Positions 1 through 13,236 are shown, counted from the first letter of the stretch. The stretch: 64,000 bases of DNA from Octopus vulgaris (GCA_951406725.2 OX597822.1:58590001-58654000); one strand, 5' to 3'. The notes: generated by a model from the sequence alone, not told the origin. Numbers and translations are program-made.

Positions 1-200
1 TGTATGTATGTATGTATGTATGTATGTATGTATGTATGTATGTATGTATGTATGTATGTATGTATGTATGTATGTATGTATGTATGTATACATACATAAA
101 TGCATACATACACAGAGACATACACATATGTGTACATATATATATATATACATATATATACATATATATACACACGTATTTATATGAATATATATATATC
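1..200. repeat. (TATG)n/(TA)n microsatellite; representative of the dozens of (CA)n, (TA)n, (GA)n, (TATG)n, (GATA)n tracts in the window
   Basis: Direct reading; these tracts explain most short ORFs (MYVC.., HTHT.., IYLS..). Confidence 0.98.
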
Positions 201-1323
201 CATCCATCCATGCACTTTCTATCTTTTCCTATTTTTTGAAGTTTATAGCAATGCGATCTAGGTTATTTTGTCAAAAATATTCATGATTTTTAGCTCACCA
301 GATCTGGGGTCAACCAATGGACGGCTATGTACTCTCCACAGGAGAGATTGTTTCTTTGTTTAAGACTCTGGAAAATAATAGACGGTCTTCATATACATAT
401 ATATTTGTGAGTGTGTGTATGAGCGCACAAGTATTTTTATGATATACTCATACACACAGACACATACAATGCATTCATGCGTGTATGCATGCATATATAT
501 ATATATATATGTATATTTTCTATATGTTTTCACGTACCAACAAACACGCACAATCATAAGAGCATTTAAGCTTAAAGAAATTATTACACACAAAATTAGT
601 GTGTAGAATTGCTTGCATACATTTAGATTATATACACGAATTCACGCGCATGAATACACACACATACATATATATACACACAATTACGTACAAGTGTGTT
701 CATGTGTACATGCTAGCTTAGCAGCCCTTACTGTTTGTTTTCACTGTCCTGTTTTTGTAACCAACTTTGACCGTCCGCCAGTCTCAAATCTTATTTTGCT
801 ATGCGGGACATATTTTGTCGCAATTGCTCGAAATGTGGAATAGATAAAACAGCCGACAACTGATGAAGGGTCATTCTTTATGTTACTTGTTTTATTTTCC
901 ATTGTTTTCTTTCGTTGTTCGCCAAAAAGTTCGTATTCCATGTTTTCATATTTCGTATTTCATGTTGTTTACGTTTTATGACGTCTTGAACCCATATGTG
1001 CATATATATATTATTTATATTATTATAGGATTGAACGCCACGCATCCATTTCCAAGTAAGTTTATCATAATAATTCCGATGCGACTCTATCATGCATTGT
1101 TCTCTTTCCCTCGTTAGTCACATTGAACAAAAAAAGAAGTAAAAAGTTTCTTATTCTTTACTTTACTTGAAGTAATAGTTTGTCCTATACTTTTGCAGGT
1201 GTAATAACTTGTCCTGTACTTTTCCAAGTTTATAATCTTAAGAATATCACTTTTCATGCTCGCATTTTTCCATGTAGCATATATATATATATATATATAT
1301 ATGTAAGTATGTATATATATATA

Positions 1324-1538
1324 TAACGGGAAGGTTTACGAAAATAAACAAAAGACGAAGGCAGGTGGAGTACAAACAAACAAATGTTTTAGTATGGCGT
1401 TCAGGAATAGAAATAGAACAAGTCTTTTACGTTTCGAGCCTACGCTCTTCGACAGAAAGATACGTAGAAAAAAAAAACAAGGAGAAAAACAAAGAGAGAA
1501 AGAAATGCATGTAGGAGCTAACGATCTATCATGGCGTC
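1324..1538 (-). mobile_element. Short non-autonomous PLE-like repeat with degenerate hammerhead motif (family A)
   Basis: Reverse-complement match to 8170-8361; minus strand reads TTT-CTGTCGA-A-GAGCGTAGGCTC-GAAA-CG-TA-AAAG; abuts (TA)n. Confidence 0.6.
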
Positions 1539-1884
1539 GGGCACACACACAAATGCCGAAATATTTCTGGCTTTGGGTAATAGAAAATACAGAACGATCA
1601 ATTAATTACGATACTATTCAACATATTCCCATCTCAGATTCACTCATTTATTGCAGTTGTCCTTCAGTTTTTCTAAGCCCTGTGAAAGAACTCGGAAGGT
1701 TGGGCCGCTAACCAGGCCTTTCGTGACACCCTTAAAGCACTTCCTCGCATGTATGTATGTATGTATGTATGTATGTATGTATGTATGTATGTATGTATGT
1801 ATGTATGTATGCATGTATGTATGTGTATATATATATAAAGAGAGAGAGAAAGAGATCTATACTGAGAGCGAGTTATGTCCTTAA

Positions 1885-2340
1885 ACGAACTTCAGCAATG
1901 GCTCACCTTGGGGTTTCCATTGTCCTTTTTTCCCTACCTATTGTGTTTGGATGAAGGGGCAAAACCCACGATTCTTTCAGACCCTCTGAAACGGGGGAGG
2001 CTGATGCTGTTAACGCTCTGTCAAAACTGTTGGAGGTTCAAATCTGCAGGAAAGAGATAAACAGTGAGGAGATTCCTGTGCGCGGGTATTCTAGGGATGA
2101 AGGATTGCTCATGATAATTAGTGTACAGAAAGAGTGGAGGGACGCATCAAGTGTGCCGAAAAGTGGAGAGATTTTTGAGGCGGAGGAGCCCAAGTGGCAT
2201 ACAGTTTTCAAATCACGGTTGTTGGTTTCTCTCCAAGCCTCAAATTAATGCTGTTGTATTGCTTTATGAGGGATCTTGTGAAGGTTTCAAAGTTGAGAAT
2301 TTCACATCGACGGGCCTCGTACTCATTGGATTATATTGTA
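1885..2340 (-). pseudogene. Degraded 3' end of an L2/Crack/Jockey-group LINE ORF2
   Basis: Minus-strand translation TNYHEQSFIPRIPAHRNLLTVYLFPADLNLQQF*QSVN resembles the C-terminal 'SF.PRT...WN.LP...FP...NL..FK..VN' motif. Confidence 0.5.
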
Positions 2341-2390
2341 CATGACTGAACATGTATAATATACTCCAACACATACACACGTGCGCGCAC

Positions 2391-2466
<76 letters not shown>

Positions 2467-2514
2467 CTACATATATACACACCTGTACATTCAGACATTT
2501 ATATATTCATACAT

Positions 2515-2820
2515 GGAGGCGCAATGGCCCAGTGGTTAGGGCAGCGGACTCGCGGTCGTAGGATCGCGGTTTCGATTCCCAGACCGGGCGTTGTGTGTGT
2601 TTATTGAACGAAAACACCTAAAAGCTCCACGAGGCTCCGGCAGGGGGTGGTGATCCCTGCTGTACTCTTTCACCACTCTTTCTCCCACTCTTTCTTCTGT
2701 TGGCCTGCTCGCTTAGCCAGCGGGGTGGCGTCATTCGAAGGCTAAAACAATGTGAAGCGCATTGTGACCAGCGATGTGTAACAACATCTGATAGCCTGGT
2801 CGGTCACGTGATCACGTGAT
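2515..2820 (+). mobile_element. Full-length tRNA-derived SINE with target site duplication
   Basis: A-box (TGGCCCAGTGG) and B-box-like (GGTTTCGATTCCC) head; ATATTCATACAT duplicated at 2503-2514 and 2821-2832; same head at 35447(-) and 54714(+). Confidence 0.88.
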
Positions 2821-2934
2821 ATATTCATACATATTACGAGTCAAAGATTGGACTTCTAACAATATCTCGCACAACAACAACAACAACAACAACTACTACT
2901 ACTACTACTACTTTTTGCACAAGTCCCTCCTCCT

Positions 2935-3115
2935 CCCAATTTTAAAGGGAGAAGCAAATTTTTTTACATCGACCCTAATGTTCAATACATAATTATTATG
3001 TTGACCCCGAAAAGTTGAAAGGCAAAGACAACCTCGGCGGAATTTGAACTTAAAACTAAAAAATGGCCGAAATGCCGCTAGGCGAAATGACGTCTTTACG
3101 ATTTTGCCAGCTTGG
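2935..3115 (-). mobile_element. Degraded Meta-domain SINE
   Basis: GAAAGGCAAAGACAACCTCGGCGGAATTTGAACT matches the family at 13237-13455. Confidence 0.7.
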
Positions 3116-3150
3116 AAAATACACACTCACGCCGACACACACGCACGCAA

Positions 3151-3226
<76 letters not shown>

Positions 3227-3378
3227 ACACACCGTAATGTAAAAGTTGTAAACTATATTAATAGTATACTTTATGTAGTGCAAATATCTGATATACAAGG
3301 CAAAATACGTTGTATATAGTTGACAGCAGCGAACAGCCCACCCTGGGGCGAAATTAAGTAGAATGACATTCTTTTCAT

Positions 3379-3433
<55 letters not shown>

Positions 3434-3503
3434 ATTACAGTCAGGAAGCTTCAAATTCCGCGAACAATAACAATAATAAAAATTATAAACTATCTCTCTC
3501 ATT

Positions 3504-3539
<36 letters not shown>

Positions 3540-3556
3540 CGTGCGTGTGGGTATGT

Positions 3557-3599
<43 letters not shown>

Positions 3600-3668
3600 C
3601 GTGTGTGTGAGCGTGTGTGCGTGTTTGTGAGTACACATAAACGCGAACAGGCGGCTAGATAGAGAAAC

Positions 3669-3699
<31 letters not shown>

Positions 3700-3712
3700 C
3701 AGACAGATAGAC

Positions 3713-3780
<68 letters not shown>

Positions 3781-4072
3781 GGATAGACAGGTAGATAAGT
3801 AAAAAGACAGGTGTGTGTAAGTGCAATTAAACATAGATAACAAAGGTTGTTTCGAAGAAGGTGTTTGTAGCTAGGTAGGGTAGGAGGTGTCCGTAGAGCT
3901 GATTGTGTGAATAGAGGGACTGGTTCGAGGTTGATAGGGACGAGTAAGAAATTAGTTACTAGATAAGACAGGCGCCTGGTCAGGTGGGTAAATTCATAAG
4001 GTTGTTACAGAAAGACAGGTAAATGGTATCTCTTTAAACGTAGGTATTAAGGATGGGTTATGTTGTACATAG

Positions 4073-4170
<98 letters not shown>

Positions 4171-4734
4171 AGTGAGAGACAGAGACAGTGAGAGACATAG
4201 AGAGAGATAGAGAGACAGAGACAGAGACAGAGAGAGAGACAGAGAGAGAGGGAGAGACAGGGAGAGGGAGAGACAGAGGGAAAGAGAGAAAGAGAAAGTG
4301 GCGTCCTGAGGGTCGGCCTAACTATGTGGGTCGTGGGCTTGTATTATCGGTGAGTTGGTGGGCGAGTCCATAGTTGCGGTAGCTGTGTCGGTGGGGGAGA
4401 CGTTGCGACATTTGTCAAAGGTCTTAATCTACGAAGAGATTGAGCAAGGTGAGCGACAGGTCATTCTGTTACCTGGCGTTTATTATTTTTTTTCAAGTCA
4501 TCCCAGAGATATTTTATACATGCAAACAAAAGCATCACACACAATTGATAAAATGTGTTGTACAATTACACATGCAATTGCTAAATGCAGTGCTAAGAAA
4601 ACACACATGTATGCGGTACACACACATAGATACTCTCTCTCACTCTACACGCACACACACACACACATATATACATATATAAAGAGAGAGAGAGAGAGAG
4701 AGATCTATATGCATGCATATATATATATATATAG

Positions 4735-4930
4735 TCATTTGACTACGTCCATTCTGGAGCACCACCTTAAAGAGGTTTTAGTCGAAAAAATTGACCCCAG
4801 GACTTATTCTTTGTAAGCCTAGTACTTATTTTGTCGGCCGCTTGCCGAACAGCTACGTTATGGGGACGTAAATACACTAACATCGGTTGTCAAGTAATGG
4901 TGCGGTTGGGATTGGAGGCAAACACAAAGA
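4735..4930 (-). mobile_element. 3' half of SINE (family of 61335-61715)
   Basis: GTCATTTGACT..CTGGAGCACCACC..GTAAGCCTAGTACTTATT..CATCGGTTGTCAAG shared with 61345-61500. Confidence 0.75.
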
Positions 4931-4939
4931 CACACACGC

Positions 4940-5021
<82 letters not shown>

Positions 5022-5046
5022 GTGTGTATTTAAATATATATATATA

Positions 5047-5078
<32 letters not shown>

Positions 5079-5274
5079 AGATGGCCGTCTACTCGCTACC
5101 TGAAGTCCTCTAGGATATTCTGAACTCCGAGAGAGAGAGAGGCATTGTAAGGAAGATGTCTTCGAAGCAACATGAAACATAGTGAAGTATCTGATATTAG
5201 TTGAAGGAGTTCAGTGAGTAGTGAATTTAGGCAAAAAGGAGATTGCAGCGTGAAAGACAATATATTAACTTACT

Positions 5275-5595
5275 GGCACTCCGTCGGTAACGACGAGGAA
5301 GTTTGCAGTTGATTCGATCAACAGAACAACCTAGTCAAGAAATTCACGCGCAAGTGGCTGAGTACTCCACAGATACGTGTACTCTTAAACCAGTCCTCAA
5401 TGAGATTCAGTGTGACATAGCGTATGACAAGGCTGCCCATTTGAAATACAAGTACTACTCATTTTTGTCAGCTGAGTGGACTGGAGCAACATGAAATAAA
5501 GTGTTTTACTGAAGGACACAACACGTCGCCACGAATTGAGCTCACGACCTTACGATCGTGAGCCGAGTACCTAACCGCTAAGCCACGCGCCTTCA
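5275..5595 (-). mobile_element. tRNA-derived CORE-type SINE
   Basis: Reverse complement of 10403-10725. Confidence 0.8.
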
Positions 5596-6083
5596 CCAAA
5601 GACATACATTTGTCATTCGGAAAAGCATAAACTTTACTTAAATACTTATTATTTAGTGTTAAATGTTTCGCCGCAACATTTGCGATCCTTGTTGTTGACG
5701 TCAGAGTGAAATAAAAAAAAGATGTGTAATAAATAATGGAATCTACATAAGCATAGATTTTTTTTTTTTTTAAATCGAAAATAGAAAAACAGAGTGAATA
5801 ATTGTGTTTAATAGAGGCAAAGAGCTAGAATTTTGCAGATAAAGTTTTGTCTATTAATCTGCCACCAGCCTTTGTCAGGAACTTTATGTTATTGACATGG
5901 AAGGATGAAAGCAAAGTTAGCTTCAGTTGGATTTGAAACTAGAATGTAAAAATCCAGATCAAATAGGCGTAGGCGTGACACCTCGGGCAAGGGTCTTCTA
6001 CTATAGCCTCGGGCGGACCAAAGACTTGTGATTGGATTTGGTAGAAGGAAACTGAAAGAAACCCGTCGTATATCTATCTATTG

Positions 6084-6243
<160 letters not shown>

Positions 6244-6689
6244 GACTGTCTGTCTGTATGTATGTATGTATGTATGTCTATGTATCTAGCTATCTATCTA
6301 TAGTCAAGAATCAACACACACAACCATTAAAAGAAGCATAAAGATCAAAATAAAACAAAAAAAGACAGAAGAGAGAATATTATTTCATCAGTTAATTCTT
6401 GCTTCTTTTCACCAATATCTCTTGAATTTAGTTTAATCTTGATCCTTCCTAGAGCCGTATTTTAGTTGCACTATCTTAGAACAGTTATCAAATTGCCAGG
6501 GGCATGTAACTTTCATGCATTATAATATTGATTTCAAATTTTAGCCCAAGGCCAGAAATTTCGAGAGATGGATATAAGTCGATTACATCGATCCCAGTGT
6601 TCAAGCAGTACTTATTTCATCAACCCTGAAAGGATGATAGGCAAAGGCGACTACAGCGGAATTTGAACTAAGGACGGGCTTTTGCGCCC

Positions 6690-6930
6690 TTTTTGTTAAA
6701 GCCTAGCCAGGCTCATGGGCCCGGTTTCCTGGTTTCTCTGGCGTATGTGTTCCCCAGCAGGACGCCAGTCCATCGCAGCGTTACTCATTTTTGCCAGCTG
6801 AGTGGACTGGAGCAACGTGAAATGAAGTGTTTTGCTCAAGAACACAACGCGTCACCCGGTCCAGGAATCGAAACCACAATCTTACGATCATGATGCTGAC
6901 ATCCTAACCACTAAGCCATGCGCCTCCACA
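6690..6930 (-). mobile_element. tRNA-derived CORE-type SINE (alternative tail)
   Basis: Head/CORE as in 10403; tail GGTTTCC..GACGCCAGTCCATCGCAG shared with 40355-40555 and 12130-12350. Confidence 0.8.
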
Positions 6931-7402
6931 CTAAGTATTTTGGCTTGCGTATTAATGACTCTGCCAACTCGTCACCTTGCTTTCATGCATAATATTGAAT
7001 TGAAAAATTGCTGATCGAGCAAAGCACCGTGGAGATCCACGACAGTTGATTCTATCAACTTCTTTTCTATTCAATAATGTTATGTATAACATTTCCGATG
7101 ATTTCACAGTATGTAACATTCTGTAACTAATAATTACCTTATGTTCATGACACGTACGTAAGAGGCCGTAATGAAACGTCCTAGAAACAATCACTCATGT
7201 TTCGTTTATTTTCCACGTTTACTTGGTGAAACACGCATAGCAAGGGTTACGAATACAAAAATGCAAACGGGAATACACATTGGAGCTTTAAATACTGGTT
7301 AATTGTCACGCAACTTAAAGTTCAAATTACACGGGACGACCATCGGAGAGCCGTGAAACTCGAGTCGTGAGACAAACTATCAATTTCTGCTCCAATAAAA
7401 GA

Positions 7403-7449
<47 letters not shown>

Positions 7450-7459
7450 TGGATGTATG

Positions 7460-7496
<37 letters not shown>

Positions 7497-7750
7497 ATTC
7501 ATTTTGTGGTACAAACATATGAAAGTATTTTATACGGCATTTTGTAAGAAATGTGCAGTTTTTATTTATGTAAATTTATGAGATAATCAGGAATCACACA
7601 TCCAAAACAGCGGTTTCGCACGGTGAGTCCTTGGCCACCAGCACACGCCAGCTGCCGTGCACGGCATACATACATACGTATACATACATACATACATACA
7701 TACATACATACATACATACATACATACATACATACATACATACACACATG

Positions 7751-7809
<59 letters not shown>

Positions 7810-7854
7810 ATATATATACATGTATATACATTTATTCTCATGTGTGTGTGTGTG

Positions 7855-8108
7855 ATAGCGCCTAGCCTAATGGTTTAGGTGTTGCGCTCACGTTCATGAG
7901 ATCGCGGCGATGCCTTGTTTTCTTGAAGAAAACAATTCATTTTACGTTGCGCAAGTCTACTCACCTGTGATCGACTGGCATTCCGTTCAGAGGAAATGTT
8001 GGCTGCACTCTTTAGTTAGATGAATGACATCATTTGAAAAGTTCAACTATATGAAGAAGTGCATTGTGACTAGCAGTGTATAACAACATCCGTCAGTCTG
8101 GTCAATAC
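7855..8108 (+). mobile_element. Degraded CORE-type SINE with the tail of the 2515 SINE
   Basis: GCGCCTAGCCTAATGGTT head; GCATTGTGACTAGCAGTGTATAACAACATC tail resembles 2759-2790. Confidence 0.6.
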
Positions 8109-8110
8109 AG

Positions 8111-8169
<59 letters not shown>

Positions 8170-8358
8170 GACGCCATGATAGATCGTTAGCCACTACACA
8201 CATTTTTTTTCTCTCCTTGTTTTTTCTGTGTCCCTTTCTGTAGAAGAGCGTAGGCTCGAAACGTAAAATACTTTTTCTATTCCTGAGCGTTATACTAATA
8301 CATCTGTTTGTTTTGTACACCATCTGTCTTCGTCTTTTGTTTTTTTCGTAAACTCTCC

Positions 8359-8361
<3 letters not shown>
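8170..8361 (+). mobile_element. Short non-autonomous PLE-like repeat with degenerate hammerhead motif (family A)
   Basis: CTTT-CTGTAGA-A-GAGCGTAGGCTC-GAAA-CG-TA-AAA at ~8234-8268; flanked by (TA)n on both sides. Confidence 0.62.
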
Positions 8362-8399
<38 letters not shown>

Positions 8400-8756
8400 T
8401 ATATATATGAAAGAAGGTTTGAAAATGCAATTTTAAAGATGTTTATTCACTTGACCGGTTTCACTTTTTTAGAAAAAGATTGTCAAAAATAAAATGTAAA
8501 GCTTAGTATGAGCTTTGTTGCATCAAATACTAGTTATCACAAAAGTATTAAAATACAGATTTACATTCTTTGATAGTAATATGAAAATGTTAAAAACAGT
8601 TGACAAGAAAGTATTTAAGTAAGTAATTAGAACGGGACTCCAAAAAGTATTTTGAGTTCAATAAAAATCATGTCTAAGATAGTGTAACTAAAATATCGGT
8701 GGTGTACTTGCCAAACAGGTGATTTGTTATTAGACTCTGCGTTGAAACTAAAACGA

Positions 8757-8997
8757 TTGCAGTTTGAAAAACAAAGACTAGCCATTCAAAACATACAAAG
8801 ACTATTAACTTTACATTTATTATTTGTTATTTATTAATTTTATTCCTCATGAGCTGTGACCTCCGCTTCGTGTCAGTGAAGAGGTCACGGTTCATGCAAC
8901 GAAAATTTTGACACTATTATACAAATAATAAACGTATAAATGAAGTTAACAGACTGTACGCTTTTGAACGGCAATTCTGTATCTTCCATGCTACAAT
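8757..8997. mobile_element. Degraded fold-back element (MITE-like)
   Basis: Imperfect inverted arms (TTAACTTT..TTTATTATTTG / CAAATAATAAA..AAGTTAA) around inner CATGAGCTGTGACCTC / GAGGTCACGGTTCATG. Confidence 0.55.
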
Positions 8998-9197
8998 TGT
9001 TTATATATAGGCGTAGGAGTGGCTGTGTGGTAAGTACTTAACTTACCAACCACATGGTTCTGGGTTCGGTCCTACTGCGTGGCACATTGGGCAAGTGTAG
9101 TTTGGTTTATTGATAGTGATTGGTAATAATTAATATTAATATTAAATTAATATCAATATTAATATTTATGGGATGACCAATATATATATATATACCC

Positions 9198-9228
<31 letters not shown>

Positions 9229-9229
9229 T

Positions 9230-9266
<37 letters not shown>

Positions 9267-9277
9267 CATATATATAT

Positions 9278-9470
9278 GTACCGTTGGCGATCTTTTTTTC
9301 TCCATCTCCCCTTCTCTGGATCTTTCCTTTTCCTATGTTTCTGACGAAGAGCTCCGCTCGAAACGTAAATCCCTACTCTTCCCTTCCTTCCTGATCGTCC
9401 AACTATATTTGTTCAACGTTCTCGCGTTGTTGTGTTTTCTCTTGGTGTTTTCATGTTTGGATTAACTTTA
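9278..9470 (+). mobile_element. Short PLE-like repeat with minimal type I hammerhead (family B)
   Basis: GTTT-CTGACGA-A-GAGCTCCGCTC-GAAA-CG-TA-AAT at 9337-9370; reverse-complement copy at 31278-31475. Confidence 0.7.
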
Positions 9471-9916
9471 TATATATATATACATATATACATATAGGGA
9501 GGTGGAAAAGGAGGGAGACAGAAGGGGAGAGGGAGAAAGTGTGAGTGTGAAAGAGAGAGAAAATTAGTGAAAGTGTCAGTGTGTGTTGCTGTGTGTGTAT
9601 GCGTGCAAATGTTATTGCATATGCACGTATAAATGTTTCTTCTGAGAAGCAATATAACTGCCGGCGCGCATACACAAACACAGATTTACACACACACACA
9701 CTCATACACACGCATACACATGCACACACCTGTTTGAATACGCAGCTAGCTCAATGATCCCACAACTCAACTTTCCCACAGCAATGTTTTGTTTTTACTT
9801 TTTTATGTTAATTTTTAATTTTTATAATGTTTAATCAGGCTGTAATCACTAATTGAGCCTCGTTACGGATTTAATCAGTTGTCATCTTCTGACGACAGGA
9901 CGCTATATGTGTACCA

Positions 9917-9980
<64 letters not shown>

Positions 9981-10402
9981 TTGCTGCTAATACACACTTG
10001 TACTGTCAAGCATAAGCTGAGTGCACTAACATTCCATTGAGATTAATACAATATTAAGAGATAATCCATCTTTGTGTGTTTGAAAAGTGGGGATGTAAGG
10101 GATTTGGTGGTGGAGATGGTTGTAGTGGTGGTAATACCATTTATTTTTCTTTTCTTTTCTTCTTCATCTGACGACTTTACCGTTAGAGGTTTTCCGAAGA
10201 ACAGATTCTACTAGTCATTAGTGTTGTTGTTGTTGTTGTTATTGTTGTTGTTCCTGGTGATGATGACAATATAGTTTAGCTCTATGTCTACTCTGATCAT
10301 CATGGGGTTTCAGTCATGACCATCGCGATTTTCAAGGAGTCTTTGTAGAAACATGTAAGACTGCATTATCTAATACGTTCTGCCCTTATATTAAACAATG
10401 TA

Positions 10403-10725
10403 AAGGCGCATGGCTTAGTGGTTAGGGCATTCGGCTCACGATAATATGCTCGTGACTTCAATTCCCAGCGACGCGTTGTGTCCTTGAGCAAGACATTTTA
10501 TTTCACGTTGTTCCAGTCCACTCAGCTGGCAAAAATGAGTTGTACCTGTATTTCAAAGGGCCGGCCTTGTCACACTCTTTGTCACGCTGAATCGCCCTGA
10601 GAACTACGTTAGGGGTACACATGCCTGTAGATTGCTCAGTCACTTGCACGTTAATTTCATGAGCAAGCTGTTCCGTTGATCGTATCAGCTGGGACCCTCG
10701 TCGTCGTAACCGACGGAGTGCTCCT
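10403..10725 (+). mobile_element. Full-length tRNA-derived CORE-type SINE
   Basis: GGCGCATGGCTTAGTGGTTAGGG head; TGTGTCCTTGAGCAAGACA CORE-like block; multiple copies in window. Confidence 0.85.
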
Positions 10726-10867
10726 ACTAAACATTAGGGACAAGGGAAAATAATTGAGGGAAGCATTCTGCATATTAACATACACTCATATAAATATATA
10801 CCTCACGCGCCCATACTCGCATATACATACACACATACACATACTCGCATACAAGCATACACACATA

Positions 10868-11175
10868 GTTTCGGGTTCAGTGTCTCTGCATGGCACTTTG
10901 GCTAAGTGTCTTCAACTATAGCGCTGGGCCAACCAAAACCTTATGAGTGGATTTGATAGACAGAAACTGAAAAATGTTCGTTGTATATATGTTCTTGCGT
11001 TTGTGTTTGTCCCCCTCCCACTGCTCTACAATCGGTGCTAGTTTGTTTACGTTCCTGTAACCAAGCAGTTTAGCAAAAGAGGCCAATAGAATAAATACCA
11101 GACTTTATTTGTTCGACTAAAACCTTTCGAGGCGATGATCCAGCATGGCTGTAGTCGAATGACTGAAACAAGTAA
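10868..11175 (+). mobile_element. SINE (family of 61335-61715), 5'-truncated
   Basis: GGTTCAGT..TGGCAC..AAGTGTCTT..CTATAGC..GTGGATTTG..GAAACTGAAA..TGACTGAAACAAGTA. Confidence 0.78.
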
Positions 11176-11314
11176 AGGATGAAGATTAGGATTTTTCTCC
11201 AGAGGTATGAAAGGTCCAGCACCTCGAAATAAATTCTTATATACTCAAAAGCGATTTACTGTAAAATGAAGTGTTTGTGAATGGAACCTACTTTTCATCG
11301 ACAACTGTGATTGT

Positions 11315-11359
11315 CACACGCCGATGACGGGTCAATACTCAGAAACTCGAGTCCGTGTG
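11315..11359 (+). ncRNA. Type I hammerhead ribozyme motif
   Basis: Stem I CACACG/CGTGTG; core CCGATGA; stem II GGGT-CAAT-ACTC with C.A closing mismatch; GAAA; palindromic stem III CTCGAG; cleavage triplet GTC. Confidence 0.75.
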
Positions 11360-11559
11360 TATCATAAGTTGAAGACAGGAAGGATGGCTTCCCTTTGCAA
11401 ACACTGATAGGGCACAGAAAGTGTGTCTAAATCCAGCTGGCAAATATACGTCACGACAACATTTAGTATTGCAAAAAACGAATTTGACACTTTAAGTTCT
11501 GATAGCTTATTTCATCCATTTGCAGCTGCAAAGGAAGAATTAGCTCATATAAAAATATT

Positions 11560-12020
11560 CTTTCTACTATAGGCACGGAGCCTGAAATTTTGTAGGAAGG
11601 CCCTAGTCGATCACATTGACCCCAGCGCTCAACTAGTACTTACTTTATCAACCCCGAAAAAAGTGAAAGGCAAAGTCGACCTCGGCAAAATTATAACTCA
11701 GAATGTAAAGTCGGAAGAAATGCCTATTTCTTTATTACCCACAAGGGGCTAAACATAGAGGGGACAAACAAGGACAGACATAGGTATTAAGTCGATTACA
11801 TCGACTCCAGTGCGGAACTGGTACTTAATTTATCGACCCCGAAAGGACGAAAGGCAAAGTCAACCTCGGCGGAATTTGAACTCAGAACGTAACGACAGAC
11901 GAAATACCGCTAAGCATTTCATCCGGCGTGCTAACGTTTCTGCCAGCTCGCCGCCTTCTCGGAAGAAATGCCGCTAAGCTTTTTGCCCGGCGGCGCAGTA
12001 ACAATTCTGCCAGTTCACAG
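11560..12020 (-). mobile_element. Nested Meta-domain SINEs (young copy 11725-11957 inside an older one)
   Basis: Two GAAAGGCAAAGTC(G/A)ACCTCGGC blocks; TCGGAAGAAATGCC repeated at ~11711 and ~11959 flanking the inner copy. Confidence 0.8.
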
Positions 12021-12913
12021 ATAAAATTTTACCATGACTATTAGAATGCTATCTGAACCACACCAACATAAATATACTTACAGTTTTGTAATACACAACG
12101 CCAGGGTAGGCCTCTGACCAGCCAGTTCAGAAGTATCTTTCCGTTTGGTTTTTAGACAAGGCCACCATCCATCGCCGGTTTGCCAGGCCTGTCGCGACTT
12201 CACTATATTACTAATTTTTGCCAGCTGAGCGGAGTGGAGCAAGCTGAGATGAAGTGTTTGTCTTCAAGAACACAAGGTAACGTTCGGTCCAGGAACCGCA
12301 ATCTTACAATCATAAATCGAGCACCCTAACCACTAAACCAAACGCTTCCGCTTACACAGTTTTGTGTAATGATAAATTTCATTTTGAATCTTATGAACTA
12401 TTTTATAAATCCGGCTGATAATCCATGTATACTACTGACAACTTGTATCTCATACAAAACATGAGTTTTGTAACTAGGGATATTTATCATGCATGCTTGC
12501 GCGATTACCTTAGCTATGTGACTTTGAACAATACTGGATGACATATATATCAAAATGGCATACAAATTGTGTAAGCGTATCTAGTAGGCTACATTCTGCA
12601 TTAATCCGAAGTTTACAGTGGTAGTATTGTGTGATGGTTTGACTTTAATTTAGGCGTTAATTAATTCTTCATGTTAATGTAATTAAGCGGGACGGGAGTA
12701 TGTCATTAAAACAAATAATCAGAACACTTTATTCAGAGAAGAAGGGCGCGGAAACTGTCTTTACTCTTAGTTGTTCCGAAAAAACTTTGCTACGCCGCAT
12801 TTCGTGTAGCAGATATGTATGTATGTATGTGCGTGTGTATGTATATAGATATGTATGTATATATATGTATATGCATATATATACAAGCACACGCACGCGC
12901 ACACACACACACA

Positions 12914-13040
12914 TATTATTTAAAACAGTTTGATTTGGTCCCGTGCTACTTCAAGTTTTGTGGCCCCTAATGGACTCCCATTAGGGGCCCTGCGAAACTT
13001 GAAGTAGCACGGAACCGGAATCAAACTGTTTTATATAATA
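12914..13040. mobile_element. ~127-bp fold-back (MITE-like hairpin)
   Basis: AAAACAGTTTGATT..CCGTGCTACTTCAAGTTT..GGCCCCTAATGG / CCATTAGGGGCC..AAACTTGAAGTAGCACGG..AATCAAACTGTTTT. Confidence 0.75.
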
Positions 13041-13103
13041 CATGTAACTCCTACAAAATGTGCTGAGTGACCTGTTCTTTCGTTTGTCCACTCACTCGCA
13101 CGC

Positions 13104-13198
<95 letters not shown>

Positions 13199-13236
13199 GT
13201 CTACAGACGAGATCCAAGGATTCTTATATATATATA

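Noticed and set aside
2515-2590. tRNA gene
   Set aside because: tRNA-like head continues into a SINE body with TSD; no proper acceptor stem or terminator
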